Positions 16,286 to 25,761 of a DNA stretch of 44,553 nucleotides are shown one piece after another. The position numbers were made by a program, and so were the translations under genes. Under the pieces are notes generated by a model. That model was not told the origin of the DNA, did not search any database, and saw only the letters and a program-made list of their open reading frames with translations. The DNA is taken from sequence record SRR20825006_1783; one strand, given 5' to 3'. Each line of letters begins with the position of its first letter. Position 1 is the first letter of the stretch.

Positions 16286-17611
16286 ATGGACATTCTCTTT
16301 GTTTTCCTTCTTTTCGCCTCCTTCATGGTGGTGATGTTCTCGGGCTTTCCGATTGCGTTTGTTTTGGGCGGTGTAGCAGTTCTGTTCGCGGCTTTGGGTA
16401 CTCTGCTTGATGCGTTTAGCGTAGACGCCGATATGGCCTCACTGCGGATGATCGGATTTGTTGCCAACCGCATCTTCGACACGCTCTCAAGCTACTCTCT
16501 CATCCCGATCTCCATGTTCGTCTTCATGGGCATGATGTTGGACAAATCTGGAGTTGCAGAGCGGCTTTTGACCCGGATGCACCAGGTGTTGCGGGTGGTT
16601 CCGGGGGGTATGGCGGTTTCTGTTGTGTTGATCGGCGTGGTACTTGCTGCCTCCACTGGCATCATCGGGGCCTCTGTCGTTTTGCTCGCCACAATTGCCA
16701 TGCCCGCGATGCGCGGCGCGGGTTACGATGACCGGCTTGGCCTTGGCGTTGTCGGGGCAACCGGGTGTTTGGGCATTCTTATCCCACCGTCGATCATGCT
16801 TATTGTCATGGGGGATCAGTTGCAGATCCCCGTCGGCGACTTGTTTCGTGGCGCGATGGTGCCGGGGCTGTTGTTGGCGCTGGCCTATGTGGCCTATGCC
16901 GTGTTTGTTGCACTGCGCTATCCAGATCGCGCTCCGGCCAAGCCGATTGAACCGGGGCGTGAGCTGCGCGAGGTCGTGCTTGATTTGATCGGCTCTCTGG
17001 TCGCGCCGTTGCTTTTGGTCATTGCGGTTTTGGGGTCCATTGTCTTTGGCATCGCCACGCCGACCGAGGCCTCTGGCGTCGGTGCGGCGGGGGCGACGTT
17101 GATCGCATTGATGTCGAAACGTCTCACGTGGTCGGGATTTCGGGAGGTGTGCGAAAGCACAGGTACAACCACCGCGTTTCTCTTTGCGTTGATCTTTGGT
17201 GCATCATGTTTTTCCGTCGTGCTGCGCGGATATGGTGGCGATGAATTGATCGAAAATGCGCTTCACGCCATCCCCTTGCCGCCGACCGGGACATTGATTT
17301 TGATCCTGTTCATCGTGTTCCTGTTAGGGTTCTTTCTAGACTGGATGGAGATCATTTTGATCGTTGCCCCTTTGGTTTTGCCGGTTTTGACCGCGTTGGG
17401 GCATGACCCCGCCTGGGTGGCCATTCTGATGGCGATTTGCCTGCAGACCTCGTTTTTGACCCCGCCGGTTGGGATGGCGTTGTTCTACCTCAAAAATGCG
17501 GTGCCGGATGTGGAGATCACCCACATCTATCGAGCGGTTCTGCCTTTCGTGGCAATGCAAATCGGGATTTTGGTACTCACGCTTCTGGTGCCAAAACTTG
17601 CCCTTTGGTGA
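16286..17611 (+). CDS. dctM: TRAP large permease
   Basis: SGFPIAFVLGG, AASTGIIGASV, LGILIPPSIMLI, QTSFLTPPVG. Confidence 0.92.
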   Translation: MDILFVFLLFASFMVVMFSGFPIAFVLGGVAVLFAALGTLLDAFSVDADMASLRMIGFVANRIFDTLSSYSLIPISMFVFMGMMLDKSGVAERLLTRMHQVLRVVPGGMAVSVVLIGVVLAASTGIIGASVVLLATIAMPAMRGAGYDDRLGLGVVGATGCLGILIPPSIMLIVMGDQLQIPVGDLFRGAMVPGLLLALAYVAYAVFVALRYPDRAPAKPIEPGRELREVVLDLIGSLVAPLLLVIAVLGSIVFGIATPTEASGVGAAGATLIALMSKRLTWSGFREVCESTGTTTAFLFALIFGASCFSVVLRGYGGDELIENALHAIPLPPTGTLILILFIVFLLGFFLDWMEIILIVAPLVLPVLTALGHDPAWVAILMAICLQTSFLTPPVGMALFYLKNAVPDVEITHIYRAVLPFVAMQIGILVLTLLVPKLALW

Positions 17612-17626
17612 GACGAGCAAACTGAA

Positions 17627-17652
17627 AAAGGGCGCCTGTTGGGGCGCCCTTT
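17627..17652. terminator. Bidirectional intrinsic terminator between convergent dctM and iacI-like gene
   Basis: AAAGGGCGCC-N6-GGCGCCCTTT with A and T flanks. Confidence 0.8.
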
Positions 17653-17673
17653 CGCGTGTGAGTCGCTGTGATT

Positions 17674-18240
17674 TCACGGTTTCATCAACACCGAGGCAGA
17701 GGGATAATCCGAGGCCCAAGTGGCAGGAAGAGGCGCAACAAAGACGTTTTCCGTGCGGTTGCGGGTGTAACGCCACGTGCCATCGTCACATTTTTTGAAC
17801 GCATTAAACAGGCGCGAAGAACGCAAAAGCGCTTTGCCGTCGGAGAACAGCCAAGGCTGCATATGGACCCATTGACCCGTTGCAGTCAGGCCGTCGGCGG
17901 CCACGTTGATCTGTTCCGAGGTCAGGTAGTGACAGTTGAGAATCAGCGCCGGATCGGTTTTGCCGCCCCAGAACCCTTCGAAGTGTTTACGCACGGCGGC
18001 TTTGCCTTCGGCGCGGCCAAACTGTCCGGTGTAATATTCGCCAACGCCTTCCCAAACGGCTTCTTCAGAGAAGAGTTCCATAATTAAATCAATACGCTCT
18101 GCATCATCTTTGACGCCATATTCGGGCATCGGCGTGTCGCAAAGAAACATGTAGCGGGATTGTACGCGGCGGACTTCAGCCTCGGCTTCGAGCAGTTCAA
18201 GCCGTTTGGTGAGGGCGGCGATGGTGTCAGAGTCGGTCAT
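17674..18240 (-). CDS. iacI: SnoaL/NTF2-like protein, probable IacI
   Basis: RLELLEAEAEVRRVQSRYMFLCD, LFSEEAVWEG, HYLTSEQI pattern of SnoaL_4/NTF2 proteins; divergent from iacH. Start ATG 18240 with SD GAAAGGA. Name is from context. Confidence 0.7.
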   Translation of the reverse strand: MTDSDTIAALTKRLELLEAEAEVRRVQSRYMFLCDTPMPEYGVKDDAERIDLIMELFSEEAVWEGVGEYYTGQFGRAEGKAAVRKHFEGFWGGKTDPALILNCHYLTSEQINVAADGLTATGQWVHMQPWLFSDGKALLRSSRLFNAFKKCDDGTWRYTRNRTENVFVAPLPATWASDYPSASVLMKP

Positions 18241-18338
18241 GTGCGTCCTTTCGGTTCGGCGCTGTGTCGCGCCTTGGATTTTGAGACAAACCTCGGGCAA
18301 AAATTGAGCTTTGCGGAGGAGTGTTGCCTGCAATTAAA

Positions 18339-18456
18339 GCAGTAAAATTACCGTAAATAGGTTTTACAGCACTCTCCATAAATGCGCAAAGAAATTGTTT
18401 CATCTTTCACTTGACCTGTGACGTAAATACATGAAGATTACTGTAACAGCGTCACG
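18339..18456. promoter_or_regulatory. iacI/iacH divergent promoter with repeated TTAC-N-GTAA palindromes
   Basis: ATTACCGTAA (18347-18356) and ATTACTGTAA (18437-18446); TTGACC -35-like hexamer at 18411-18416; GCAGTAAAA...TTTTACAGC inverted repeat 18339-18370. Confidence 0.5.
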
Positions 18457-18491
18457 CCAGATGACGCCAAAGCCCAAACAGGGACCAGAAA

Positions 18492-19652
18492 ATGAACGCA
18501 CACGCCACCAGCTCTCACGCGCTGGTCCAAGAGCTGTCTATGGGCGGCACTGGGCCAACCGTCGTGATCAAAGATTGCATCGACATTGCCGGCACAGTGA
18601 CGGGCTGTGGCTCGGAAGCCTTTGCTTCTGCCGCGCCAGCCCTTGAAAACGCCGTTGTGGTCGACGCCCTTCTGACGGCCGGATGCCGGATCATCGGCAA
18701 AGCCAATATGCACGAACTGGCCTTTGGAATGACGGGCGTGAATGGCTTTCACGGCACCCCTGTAAACCCCAATTGGCCGGACCGCATTCCCGGAGGATCG
18801 TCGTCCGGGTCCGCCGTCGCCGTGGCCTCGGGCCTATGCGACTTTGCTATTGGCACGGATACCGGCGGATCGGTGCGCCAGCCTGCGATTTGCTGTGGTG
18901 TGATCGGGATCAAGCCCACCTTTGGCCGGATCAGCCGCAAGGGTCTGTCGCCCAAGAACAGCTCGCTTGATTGTGTCGGGGCCTTCGCCCGCGACATGGA
19001 TATGATCGAGACCGCGATGGCGGCAATGGACCCGACCTTCACCCCCGAAACCCTTGTCAACGCTCCCAAATTGACTCGGATCAAATCTGATCCCGTGGCC
19101 GAAGTGGGGGACCCTTTGGTCTATGCCTTGATGGATGCCTATCCGGGCATGGGCTATGAGTGCCTCCCCCATTTTGAAGCGGCGTTTCAGGCTGGAATGA
19201 CGGTGATTTCCTATGAGACCGCCGCCGCGTTTGGGCATTTGCTCGACGAAGGCGCGCCGCTTGGCGCGGATATTCACAAGCGCCTGACGGCGGCACGCCA
19301 CGTGACCGAGGCGCAATTGGCCGAGGCCGAAGCAGTGCGCACCGCGTTTACCGCCGAAGTGGACGCGCTTTTGGAACAGTATGACGCGCTTGTGACGCCG
19401 GCTTTGCCGGTGATTCCGCCGACGCTGAGCGAGGCGCAAGATCCACAAACCATTCTGCCGCTGACGCGTTTTTTGCGTCCGTTTAACCTCAGCGGCCACC
19501 CCGCCATCACCTTGCCCGCGCGCACCAACTCCGGCTTGCCCATCGGGCTGCAATTGGTTGGGCGTAAAGGCGAAGAGGCCCGACTTTGCGCGATTGCGCG
19601 TTGGATCGTCTCCTGTGTTCCCGATTTTCAGTCAAAGGACCAAAGCCAATGA
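18492..19652 (+). CDS. iacH: Amidase-signature family hydrolase, IacH-like
   Basis: Ser-cisSer-Lys triad: VIKDCID, GGSSSGSA, GTDTGGSVRQPA. First gene of the iac operon. Confidence 0.82.
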   Translation: MNAHATSSHALVQELSMGGTGPTVVIKDCIDIAGTVTGCGSEAFASAAPALENAVVVDALLTAGCRIIGKANMHELAFGMTGVNGFHGTPVNPNWPDRIPGGSSSGSAVAVASGLCDFAIGTDTGGSVRQPAICCGVIGIKPTFGRISRKGLSPKNSSLDCVGAFARDMDMIETAMAAMDPTFTPETLVNAPKLTRIKSDPVAEVGDPLVYALMDAYPGMGYECLPHFEAAFQAGMTVISYETAAAFGHLLDEGAPLGADIHKRLTAARHVTEAQLAEAEAVRTAFTAEVDALLEQYDALVTPALPVIPPTLSEAQDPQTILPLTRFLRPFNLSGHPAITLPARTNSGLPIGLQLVGRKGEEARLCAIARWIVSCVPDFQSKDQSQ

Positions 19653-20800
19653 CCTCACTGTCCAAACTCTCCACAAATCAGGCAAATGATGCGCTCTACA
19701 TCTCCGTCTTAGATGAAATCCGTGCCCGTCGGGCCGAGTTTACTCAGCTGCGCCATGTGCCGCTGGATGTGGTGGAGCGGCTGCAACACATTGGCGTCTA
19801 TCGTTCTTTTGTGCCCGCCCGGTTTGGCGGCGATGAGAAAACCCCCGCCGAGTTTTGCCGTCTGATCGAAGACGTCTCTGCCGCGGATGCCTCCACCGGC
19901 TGGGTTGCAAGTTTTGGTGTCTCCGCCACCTATTTGGCGGCGTTGCCGTCGCAGACCTATGCGGAAATCTACGGCAAAGACCCAAACACCGTGTTCGCGG
20001 GCGCAATGTTCCCGCCGCAAAAAGCCGACAAAGTCGATGGCGGGTTCAGGGTCAAAGGCCGCTGGCCGTGGTGCTCTGGCATCATGGGGGCCTCGCTGGT
20101 TGGCGCGGGCATCAAGGTCGAAGGCGATGACACACCGCTGCCTCGTGTGGCCGTGCTGCCCCGCAACAAGGTGTTTGTCGATGAGACATGGAACACCATT
20201 GGCTTGTCTGCGACCGGATCGCATGACGCGGTGGTCGAAGATGTCGTGGTTGCCCCTGAGTGGACCTTTATCCGCGGCGGCAAACCCGAGATGGACGATC
20301 TGATTTTCAAATACCCGGCGATGGCTTTGGCGTCACAGGTTTTGGCCGTCGTGGCCTTGGGCGCCGCACGCGAAGCACTTGATTTCTTGGTGAAAGACGC
20401 TGCCGAGCGTGCCTCGATTACCGGCGCACCGAACCCGGGCGCACGTCCTTATGTGCAGGCCGAATTCGCTAAGGCGCAGGGCATCTTGATGGGCGCACGC
20501 GCCGCGTTTTACGACACGATTGAGGCGGCTTGGGAGCAACTCAAGACCACCGGAGATGTGTCGCAGGACATGAAAATTCGCCTGCGTCTGGTCGCCACAA
20601 AAGCCGCCCGCGATGGCGCAGAGGCGGCCCGTATTGCCTTTGTCATCGGCGGCTCGGGCGTGATGGAAACCGGCCATACCTTGGGCCGTTGCATGGTGGA
20701 CGCGGCTTGTGTCGCGCAACACGCCTTTATGGGCGAAGGCACCTGGACCGCCGCGGGGGCCGGTTTTTTCGACCAACCGACCATGCCTGGCTACCCCTAA
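19649..20800 (+). CDS. iacA: Flavin-dependent indole-3-acetate monooxygenase (acyl-CoA dehydrogenase fold)
   Basis: GVYRSFVP.RFGG, ADASTGWVASFG, VFAGAMFPPQ, GL.ATGSHD, DAACVAQHAFMGEGTW...G; followed by iacB; partner reductase at 24767. Confidence 0.88.
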   Translation: MTSLSKLSTNQANDALYISVLDEIRARRAEFTQLRHVPLDVVERLQHIGVYRSFVPARFGGDEKTPAEFCRLIEDVSAADASTGWVASFGVSATYLAALPSQTYAEIYGKDPNTVFAGAMFPPQKADKVDGGFRVKGRWPWCSGIMGASLVGAGIKVEGDDTPLPRVAVLPRNKVFVDETWNTIGLSATGSHDAVVEDVVVAPEWTFIRGGKPEMDDLIFKYPAMALASQVLAVVALGAAREALDFLVKDAAERASITGAPNPGARPYVQAEFAKAQGILMGARAAFYDTIEAAWEQLKTTGDVSQDMKIRLRLVATKAARDGAEAARIAFVIGGSGVMETGHTLGRCMVDAACVAQHAFMGEGTWTAAGAGFFDQPTMPGYP

Positions 20801-20846
20801 AACACCCAACTGATTGCACGAAATATTTCCGAAAGAGGACGACCCC

Positions 20847-21209
20847 ATGAGCGACCAAAAGCCGATCCGCACTCTGTTGTGCTTTAACAACCATCCGACA
20901 TTTTTCAGCCTGCCGTTTGACCAAATCGGCCCGGTTTGGAAAGCCACCCAAGAGTTGATGTCCGGCATTGACCAGATGGAGGGCGTCGAAATCGTCGGGA
21001 CGTTTGACGACGATCAGACCATGGTGGGGGCTTCCTCTGGCTTTCCATTCACATGGTACATGCTCTGTGATTTCCCGACCCGCGAAGACGTTATGGCCGC
21101 GTGTAACCTGCTGCGCACCATCGTGGTGGGTGAGGGCAATGACCGCCTTTGGAAATACATGACCGTCGAGGCGCGCATGGGCCGCGCTTTGGAAATCCCG
21201 CAACTTTAA
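20847..21209 (+). CDS. iacB: IacB protein
   Basis: 120 aa with the family-specific G.FDDDQTMVG.S.GFP.T.Y.L.D, AACNL.R...VG.G..RLWKY..VEAR.GR.L pattern. SD GAGGA. Confidence 0.88.
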   Translation: MSDQKPIRTLLCFNNHPTFFSLPFDQIGPVWKATQELMSGIDQMEGVEIVGTFDDDQTMVGASSGFPFTWYMLCDFPTREDVMAACNLLRTIVVGEGNDRLWKYMTVEARMGRALEIPQL

Positions 21210-21264
21210 TTTTCCGGGGTGCGCGGTTTCGACGCCATCCTGATGCCACTGAGAAGGAGCTAAC

Positions 21265-22542
21265 ATGTCTCTTGATATGCCAAAGTTCAGTGACCTTGAC
21301 GCACTCTACGACGAAGAGAATGCGCTGGTCGGAACCGCCATGTACGAAGATCCTGATCTCTTTGACGAAGAGATGGAAAAGATTTTCAAAAACACCTGGG
21401 TCTGGATCGCACATGAAAGCGAATTCCCTGACAAAGGCTCGTTCAAACTCTCCAACGTCGGTCTTGAGCCGGTGATCGTGGTGCGCGACCGCAAGGGAAA
21501 AATCCATTGCATGGTCAACCGGTGTCGTCACCGGGCCGCCACCGTCTGTGAAGTCAAAAAGGGCAAGACCTCGTCGTTCCAATGCCCGTATCACGGCTGG
21601 GGCTATGGGCTTGACGGCTCTTTGCGCGCGCTGCCTTACCCGGAACAGTACGGCGATGATTTCGACAAGGCTCAGCATGGTCTGTTGAAACTGCGCACCG
21701 AATCCTACAACGGCATGGTCTTTGCGACCTTCAAAGAGGACATGGAACCGCTCGAAGAGTTTCTGGGCGAGGCCGTGTGTCGCTACATCGACCTGTTCAT
21801 GAAACAGGGCGGTGGCTTCCCGGTCAAAGTGTTGGGCGAGCATCAGTTCACCGTGCCGATGAACTGGAAAGTGCAGTTGGAAAACACCACCGACGCCTAT
21901 CATTTCCCGGTCGTGCACAAGAGCTTTATGCAAACGCTCGACGGCCAGACCGAAGAGATGTTCGACTTTCTCGACAAGGGCAAAGGCTGGGTTGAGGATC
22001 TGGGCAATGGTCACTCGATCATGATGATGATCCCGGAGCTTGAAGACCTCGACGCCAACCTCGGCGCACCGATCCCGGCCCGTTTTGAAGAGCTGGCACA
22101 AGAAATCCGTGACGAAGGCTATCCCGAGGATCAGGTCAAGAAAATCGTCCGCGCCGTGGGCGGGGCGGGGTTCAACCTCAACCTTTTCCCCAACGTGTCC
22201 TTCTCCTTGGCGTTCTTTCGTGTGCTTACGCCGATCTCGGTTGAGCAAACCGACATTCGTCACATCGCCATCGGCATGGACGGCGGCCCGGATGCCGCCA
22301 ACCAAGCGCGGATTCGTCTGCACGAGCATTTCCAAGGGCCGATGGGCTTTGGCTCGCCGGATGACGCCGAAGTGTGGGAGCGCATTCAGCGCGGCACCAA
22401 AGGCGGCGAAGACCTCAAGATCCTCGTGAACCGCGGCATGGTCGATGAGGTCGACGGGCCGAATGGTCCGCGTGGTCACATCTCCGCTGAGACCGGCATG
22501 CGTGCCGCTTACAAAATGTGGAAAGGCTTGATGGCACAATGA
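21265..22542 (+). CDS. iacC: Rieske ring-hydroxylating oxygenase alpha subunit, IacC
   Basis: Rieske motif NRCRH...CPYHGW; mononuclear Fe motif ENTTDAYHFPVVH; GFNLNLFPN, HEHFQGPMGFGSPDD. SD AAGGAG. Confidence 0.9.
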   Translation: MSLDMPKFSDLDALYDEENALVGTAMYEDPDLFDEEMEKIFKNTWVWIAHESEFPDKGSFKLSNVGLEPVIVVRDRKGKIHCMVNRCRHRAATVCEVKKGKTSSFQCPYHGWGYGLDGSLRALPYPEQYGDDFDKAQHGLLKLRTESYNGMVFATFKEDMEPLEEFLGEAVCRYIDLFMKQGGGFPVKVLGEHQFTVPMNWKVQLENTTDAYHFPVVHKSFMQTLDGQTEEMFDFLDKGKGWVEDLGNGHSIMMMIPELEDLDANLGAPIPARFEELAQEIRDEGYPEDQVKKIVRAVGGAGFNLNLFPNVSFSLAFFRVLTPISVEQTDIRHIAIGMDGGPDAANQARIRLHEHFQGPMGFGSPDDAEVWERIQRGTKGGEDLKILVNRGMVDEVDGPNGPRGHISAETGMRAAYKMWKGLMAQ

Positions 22543-23033
22543 CTGAGATGAGCAAAATCGACACCAAATCCCTGTTGGCCGATGTCACAGCTTTCATCTG
22601 GGCCGAAGGCGCGATGCTGGACGCGCGCGAATATGACGAGTGGCTCGACCTGTGGACCGATGACGGCCTCTACATCATGCCGATCGGCGACACGGTGGAT
22701 TTCAAAAACAGCGTCAACCTGTGTTATGACAACGCCAAAATGCGCAAAGATCGCATTGGTCGTTTTCACCAAGGGTTCTCCATCTCGTCCGCGCCACCCG
22801 CTTTGACGGTGCGCACGTTGTCGCGGTTTCGGATCGAGGGCACAGAAGGCGACTTGGTCACCGTGACCTGCGCCGAGCATGTGATCGAGGACAAATTTGG
22901 CCGCCAACGTACTTGGGCGGGCAATATCGCATACACTCTCAAATCCACCGAGGGCGGGTTCAAATTGCACCAAAAGATCATCCGTCTTTTGAACTCTGAT
23001 GGGATGCTGAATTCGTTCAGCTATCTGTTCTGA
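22539..23033 (+). CDS. iacD: Ring-hydroxylating oxygenase beta subunit, IacD
   Basis: FIWAEGAMLD..EYDEWLDLW..DGLYIMPI, YDN..MR..R; ATGA overlap with iacC. Confidence 0.88.
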   Translation: MTEMSKIDTKSLLADVTAFIWAEGAMLDAREYDEWLDLWTDDGLYIMPIGDTVDFKNSVNLCYDNAKMRKDRIGRFHQGFSISSAPPALTVRTLSRFRIEGTEGDLVTVTCAEHVIEDKFGRQRTWAGNIAYTLKSTEGGFKLHQKIIRLLNSDGMLNSFSYLF

Positions 23034-23794
23034 TGAGCGCGCCTCTTCCAGAAAAAATCTCGACCGCAGTGGTCACGGGCGGCGCGCGTGGTTTTGGCGC
23101 GCAGGCGGTCCGGGCACTGCACAAGGCGGGCTACCGTGTGATCATTACCGACGTAAATCCCGGTGAGGAGGCCAAAGCCTTGGCCTCCGAATTGGACCTT
23201 GCTGGGGACACCGCGATCACCGCGACATTGGATGTTTCCAAGCCTGAGGATTTCCAAACCGTGCTCGACAAATGTATCGAACGCTATGGCTCGGTCGAGG
23301 TCCTGGTCAACAACGCCGCGCGCACCGCTGTGCAAAATGTGCTCGACATTGATCCCGCATTTTTCAACGAGGTCATGGCGACAAACGCTGGCGGTACTTT
23401 TGCGGGCTGCCAGATTTTTGGCCGCTATTTCAAAGCGCAAGGCTACGGTCGTATGATCAATATGGCCTCTTTGGCCGGTCAAAACGGCGGCACCGCCACG
23501 GGCGCGCATTATGCCGCCTCCAAAGGTGCGATCCTGACGCTGACCAAAATCTTTGCCCGCGATCTCGCGCCGTTTGGCGTGACCTGCAATGCCATCGCGC
23601 CGGGTCCGATGGACACGCCAATGGTGCGCGCGGTTTTGGGCGACACTATCGACAACGCCATTGCGGGCATCCCGGTCAAAAAACTCGGCGATCCCGACTT
23701 TGTTGCCAAGATGGTTGTCATGTTGGCGGGCCCCGATGCGGGCTTTGTCAACGGCGCCTGTTGGGACGTCAATGGCGGGCTGTATGTGAGGTAA
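23033..23794 (+). CDS. iacE: Short-chain dehydrogenase, IacE
   Basis: TGGARGFG, LVNNAA, SLAGQNGGTATGAHYAASKG, WDVNGG. Confidence 0.88.
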   Translation: MSAPLPEKISTAVVTGGARGFGAQAVRALHKAGYRVIITDVNPGEEAKALASELDLAGDTAITATLDVSKPEDFQTVLDKCIERYGSVEVLVNNAARTAVQNVLDIDPAFFNEVMATNAGGTFAGCQIFGRYFKAQGYGRMINMASLAGQNGGTATGAHYAASKGAILTLTKIFARDLAPFGVTCNAIAPGPMDTPMVRAVLGDTIDNAIAGIPVKKLGDPDFVAKMVVMLAGPDAGFVNGACWDVNGGLYVR

Positions 23795-24762
23795 TGATGA
23801 CCGAAAACAACGCACAAAAGCTAAAGGTCAGCGCCCGAATGGATGACCGTGGCGGGATTTCCCGCATTCGGTTCGTGCCGGAAAACGGCGGGGACATTCT
23901 CCCGTTTGCGGCTGGTGCGCATCTTGATCTCTATTTGCCTGACCTCGATATGTGGCGGCAATATTCGCTCTGCTCCGATCCTGCGGAAACCGGGTTTTAC
24001 GAAATCGGGGTTCTCAAAGACCCGAACAGTCGCGGTGGTTCGCTTAAAGTCCATGAAACGGCTGTGGAGGGCGCGGTGTTCACCGTTGAAGGTCCGCGCA
24101 ATCACTTTCCGTTGGATGAAACGGCCCAGACCACCGTGCTTTTGGGAGGGGGCATTGGCATCACGCCGATGATCGCCATGGCCAAGCGGTTGCACGCCAT
24201 CGGTAAGGACTTCACACTGCATTATTGTACCCGCTCGGCGGATGTGACGGCCTTTCGCGACGCGCTTGAGAGCTGTGGGTTTGCCGACAAGGTGGTGTTT
24301 CACTTTGACGACCAAGACCCCGCACAACGGCTTGATCTCACGCGTGATCTTCCCGCGCCGTCTGCGGCGACCCATCTTTATGTCTGTGGCCCGCAAGGGT
24401 TCATGGATTGGGTCATCGAAACGGCGGAAGCCGCCGGCCATGCCAGTGCCAATGTGCATCGCGAATATTTCTCGGCGGATGTGGACCTCTCGGGCGATAG
24501 CTTTGAAGTCGAGTGCCGCGAAAGTGGCGTGACGCTGACCGTCGGGTCCGATGACACCATCGCCAAAGCTCTGGCGCGTGCGGGCATCAAGGTCGAAGTC
24601 AAATGCGAAGAGGGTGTTTGTGGCACCTGTCTGACGGATGTTCTTGAGGGCGAGATTGATCACCGCGATCAGTTTTTGACCGAAGAGGAACGCGAAGATG
24701 GCGACGTGATGTGCGTCTGTTGCTCGCGGGCCAAAGGTCCAAAACTGGTGCTGGATATTTAA
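23794..24762 (+). CDS. iacF: PDR/VanB-type FMN/[2Fe-2S] reductase, IacF
   Basis: RQYSLCS, SRGGS, GGIGITP, YVCGP.GFM, C-terminal ferredoxin CEEGVCGTC...CCSR. Confidence 0.9.
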   Translation: MMTENNAQKLKVSARMDDRGGISRIRFVPENGGDILPFAAGAHLDLYLPDLDMWRQYSLCSDPAETGFYEIGVLKDPNSRGGSLKVHETAVEGAVFTVEGPRNHFPLDETAQTTVLLGGGIGITPMIAMAKRLHAIGKDFTLHYCTRSADVTAFRDALESCGFADKVVFHFDDQDPAQRLDLTRDLPAPSAATHLYVCGPQGFMDWVIETAEAAGHASANVHREYFSADVDLSGDSFEVECRESGVTLTVGSDDTIAKALARAGIKVEVKCEEGVCGTCLTDVLEGEIDHRDQFLTEEEREDGDVMCVCCSRAKGPKLVLDI

Positions 24763-24766
24763 GGGG

Positions 24767-25276
24767 ATGATGATGGATTTGACTCAAACCCAACAGGATT
24801 TTCGCGAAGGCATGAGCCGCCTTGGTGCCGCTGTGAACCTGATCACCACCGACGGCCCGGCGGGTAAGCATGGCATCACCGCTTCGGCTGTGTGCTCCGT
24901 CACGGACAATCCGCCGACGCTGTTAGTCTGCATCAACACCCGCGCATTTGCCCATGATAAATTCGTGGAAAACGGCGTGCTTGCGGTCAATGTTTTGGCT
25001 GCCGAACACCAAGAGCTTTCGGGCATTTTCGCCCGCTTTGTCGAAGGCGTGGACCGGTTTTCCTTTGGCGATTGGGAGGCGGGTCCTACCGGCGCGCCGA
25101 TGCTGACGGATGCCAATGTCGCGTTCGATTGCCGCATCACCGGCCGCCAAGAAGAGGGCACGCATTCGGTGTTTTTCTGTCAGGTCGAAGAGGTCCGCAT
25201 GAGCGCCAAAGCGCGTCATGGGCTGGTGTGGTTTAGCCGGGATTTCCATCATCTTGTGGCGGAGGAGCAGGCGTGA
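24767..25276 (+). CDS. iacG: Flavin reductase (HpaC/RutF-like), IacG
   Basis: FREGMSRLGAAVNLITTDGPAG, SVTDNPPTLLVC, GTHSVFF. Three consecutive ATGs at the start. Confidence 0.88.
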   Translation: MMMDLTQTQQDFREGMSRLGAAVNLITTDGPAGKHGITASAVCSVTDNPPTLLVCINTRAFAHDKFVENGVLAVNVLAAEHQELSGIFARFVEGVDRFSFGDWEAGPTGAPMLTDANVAFDCRITGRQEEGTHSVFFCQVEEVRMSAKARHGLVWFSRDFHHLVAEEQA

Positions 25277-25290
25277 ACCTCACCTTGAAC

Positions 25291-25761
25291 TCAGATAATC
25301 CGGCCGAGATCCGTTGTGATCTTTTCAAGGATGGTGTTCAGGGTTTTGATCTCTGCGGGCGTGACGTTGTGAAAACTTTCGTCGCGAATGCGGTAAACCT
25401 CATTGAGCGCCTTGGCGCGCAGATCATCACCCTTTTCGGTCAGGCAGACTTCGGTCACGCGCCCGTCCGTGGGGCGCACGCGGGTCTCAACCAAACCATC
25501 GACGATCATGCGCTGAACGATCTTTGTGGTGGTGTTGAGTTTGAGGGTGGAAAAATCCGCAACCTCGGAGACCGACATGTAGTCCTGTTGGTACAGCGAG
25601 ATCAGAACGCGCCAGCGTGGCGCATCGACACCCAGGGGTTTGAGCCGTCTTTCGAGTGCGCGCGTGTAAAAGGCGTTGACCCGGTTGATCCAAAAATAGG
25701 GCCATGTATCACGGAAATGATCGGGTTTTTGGGACTCTTCGGGGGGCGCTATTTTTGTCAT
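25291..25761 (-). CDS. iacR: MarR-family repressor, IacR-like
   Basis: WPYFWINRV..FYTRALERRLKPLGVD.PRWRVL, TTTKIVQRM..DGLV, DGRVTEV.LT. ATG 25761 preceded by SD GGAGAG. Confidence 0.82.
   Translation of the reverse strand: MTKIAPPEESQKPDHFRDTWPYFWINRVNAFYTRALERRLKPLGVDAPRWRVLISLYQQDYMSVSEVADFSTLKLNTTTKIVQRMIVDGLVETRVRPTDGRVTEVCLTEKGDDLRAKALNEVYRIRDESFHNVTPAEIKTLNTILEKITTDLGRII

Noticed and set aside
18309-18391. Long imperfect inverted repeat (CTTTGCG...CGCAAAG, GGAGGAGTGTTG...CAGCACTCTCC) upstream of iacI
   Set aside because: Pairing needs several bulges and overlaps likely promoter elements; cannot be distinguished from chance without conservation data.
18492-19652. Calling the amidase gatA
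   Set aside because: Too short, no gatB/gatC, and translationally coupled to iacA.
21091-22539. 482-aa minus-strand ORF (also 3154-4209, 13745-14770, 25872-26876, 28600-29877, 32980-34176, 40106-41161, 41116-42141)
   Set aside because: All lie antisense to well-supported genes and have no family motifs.
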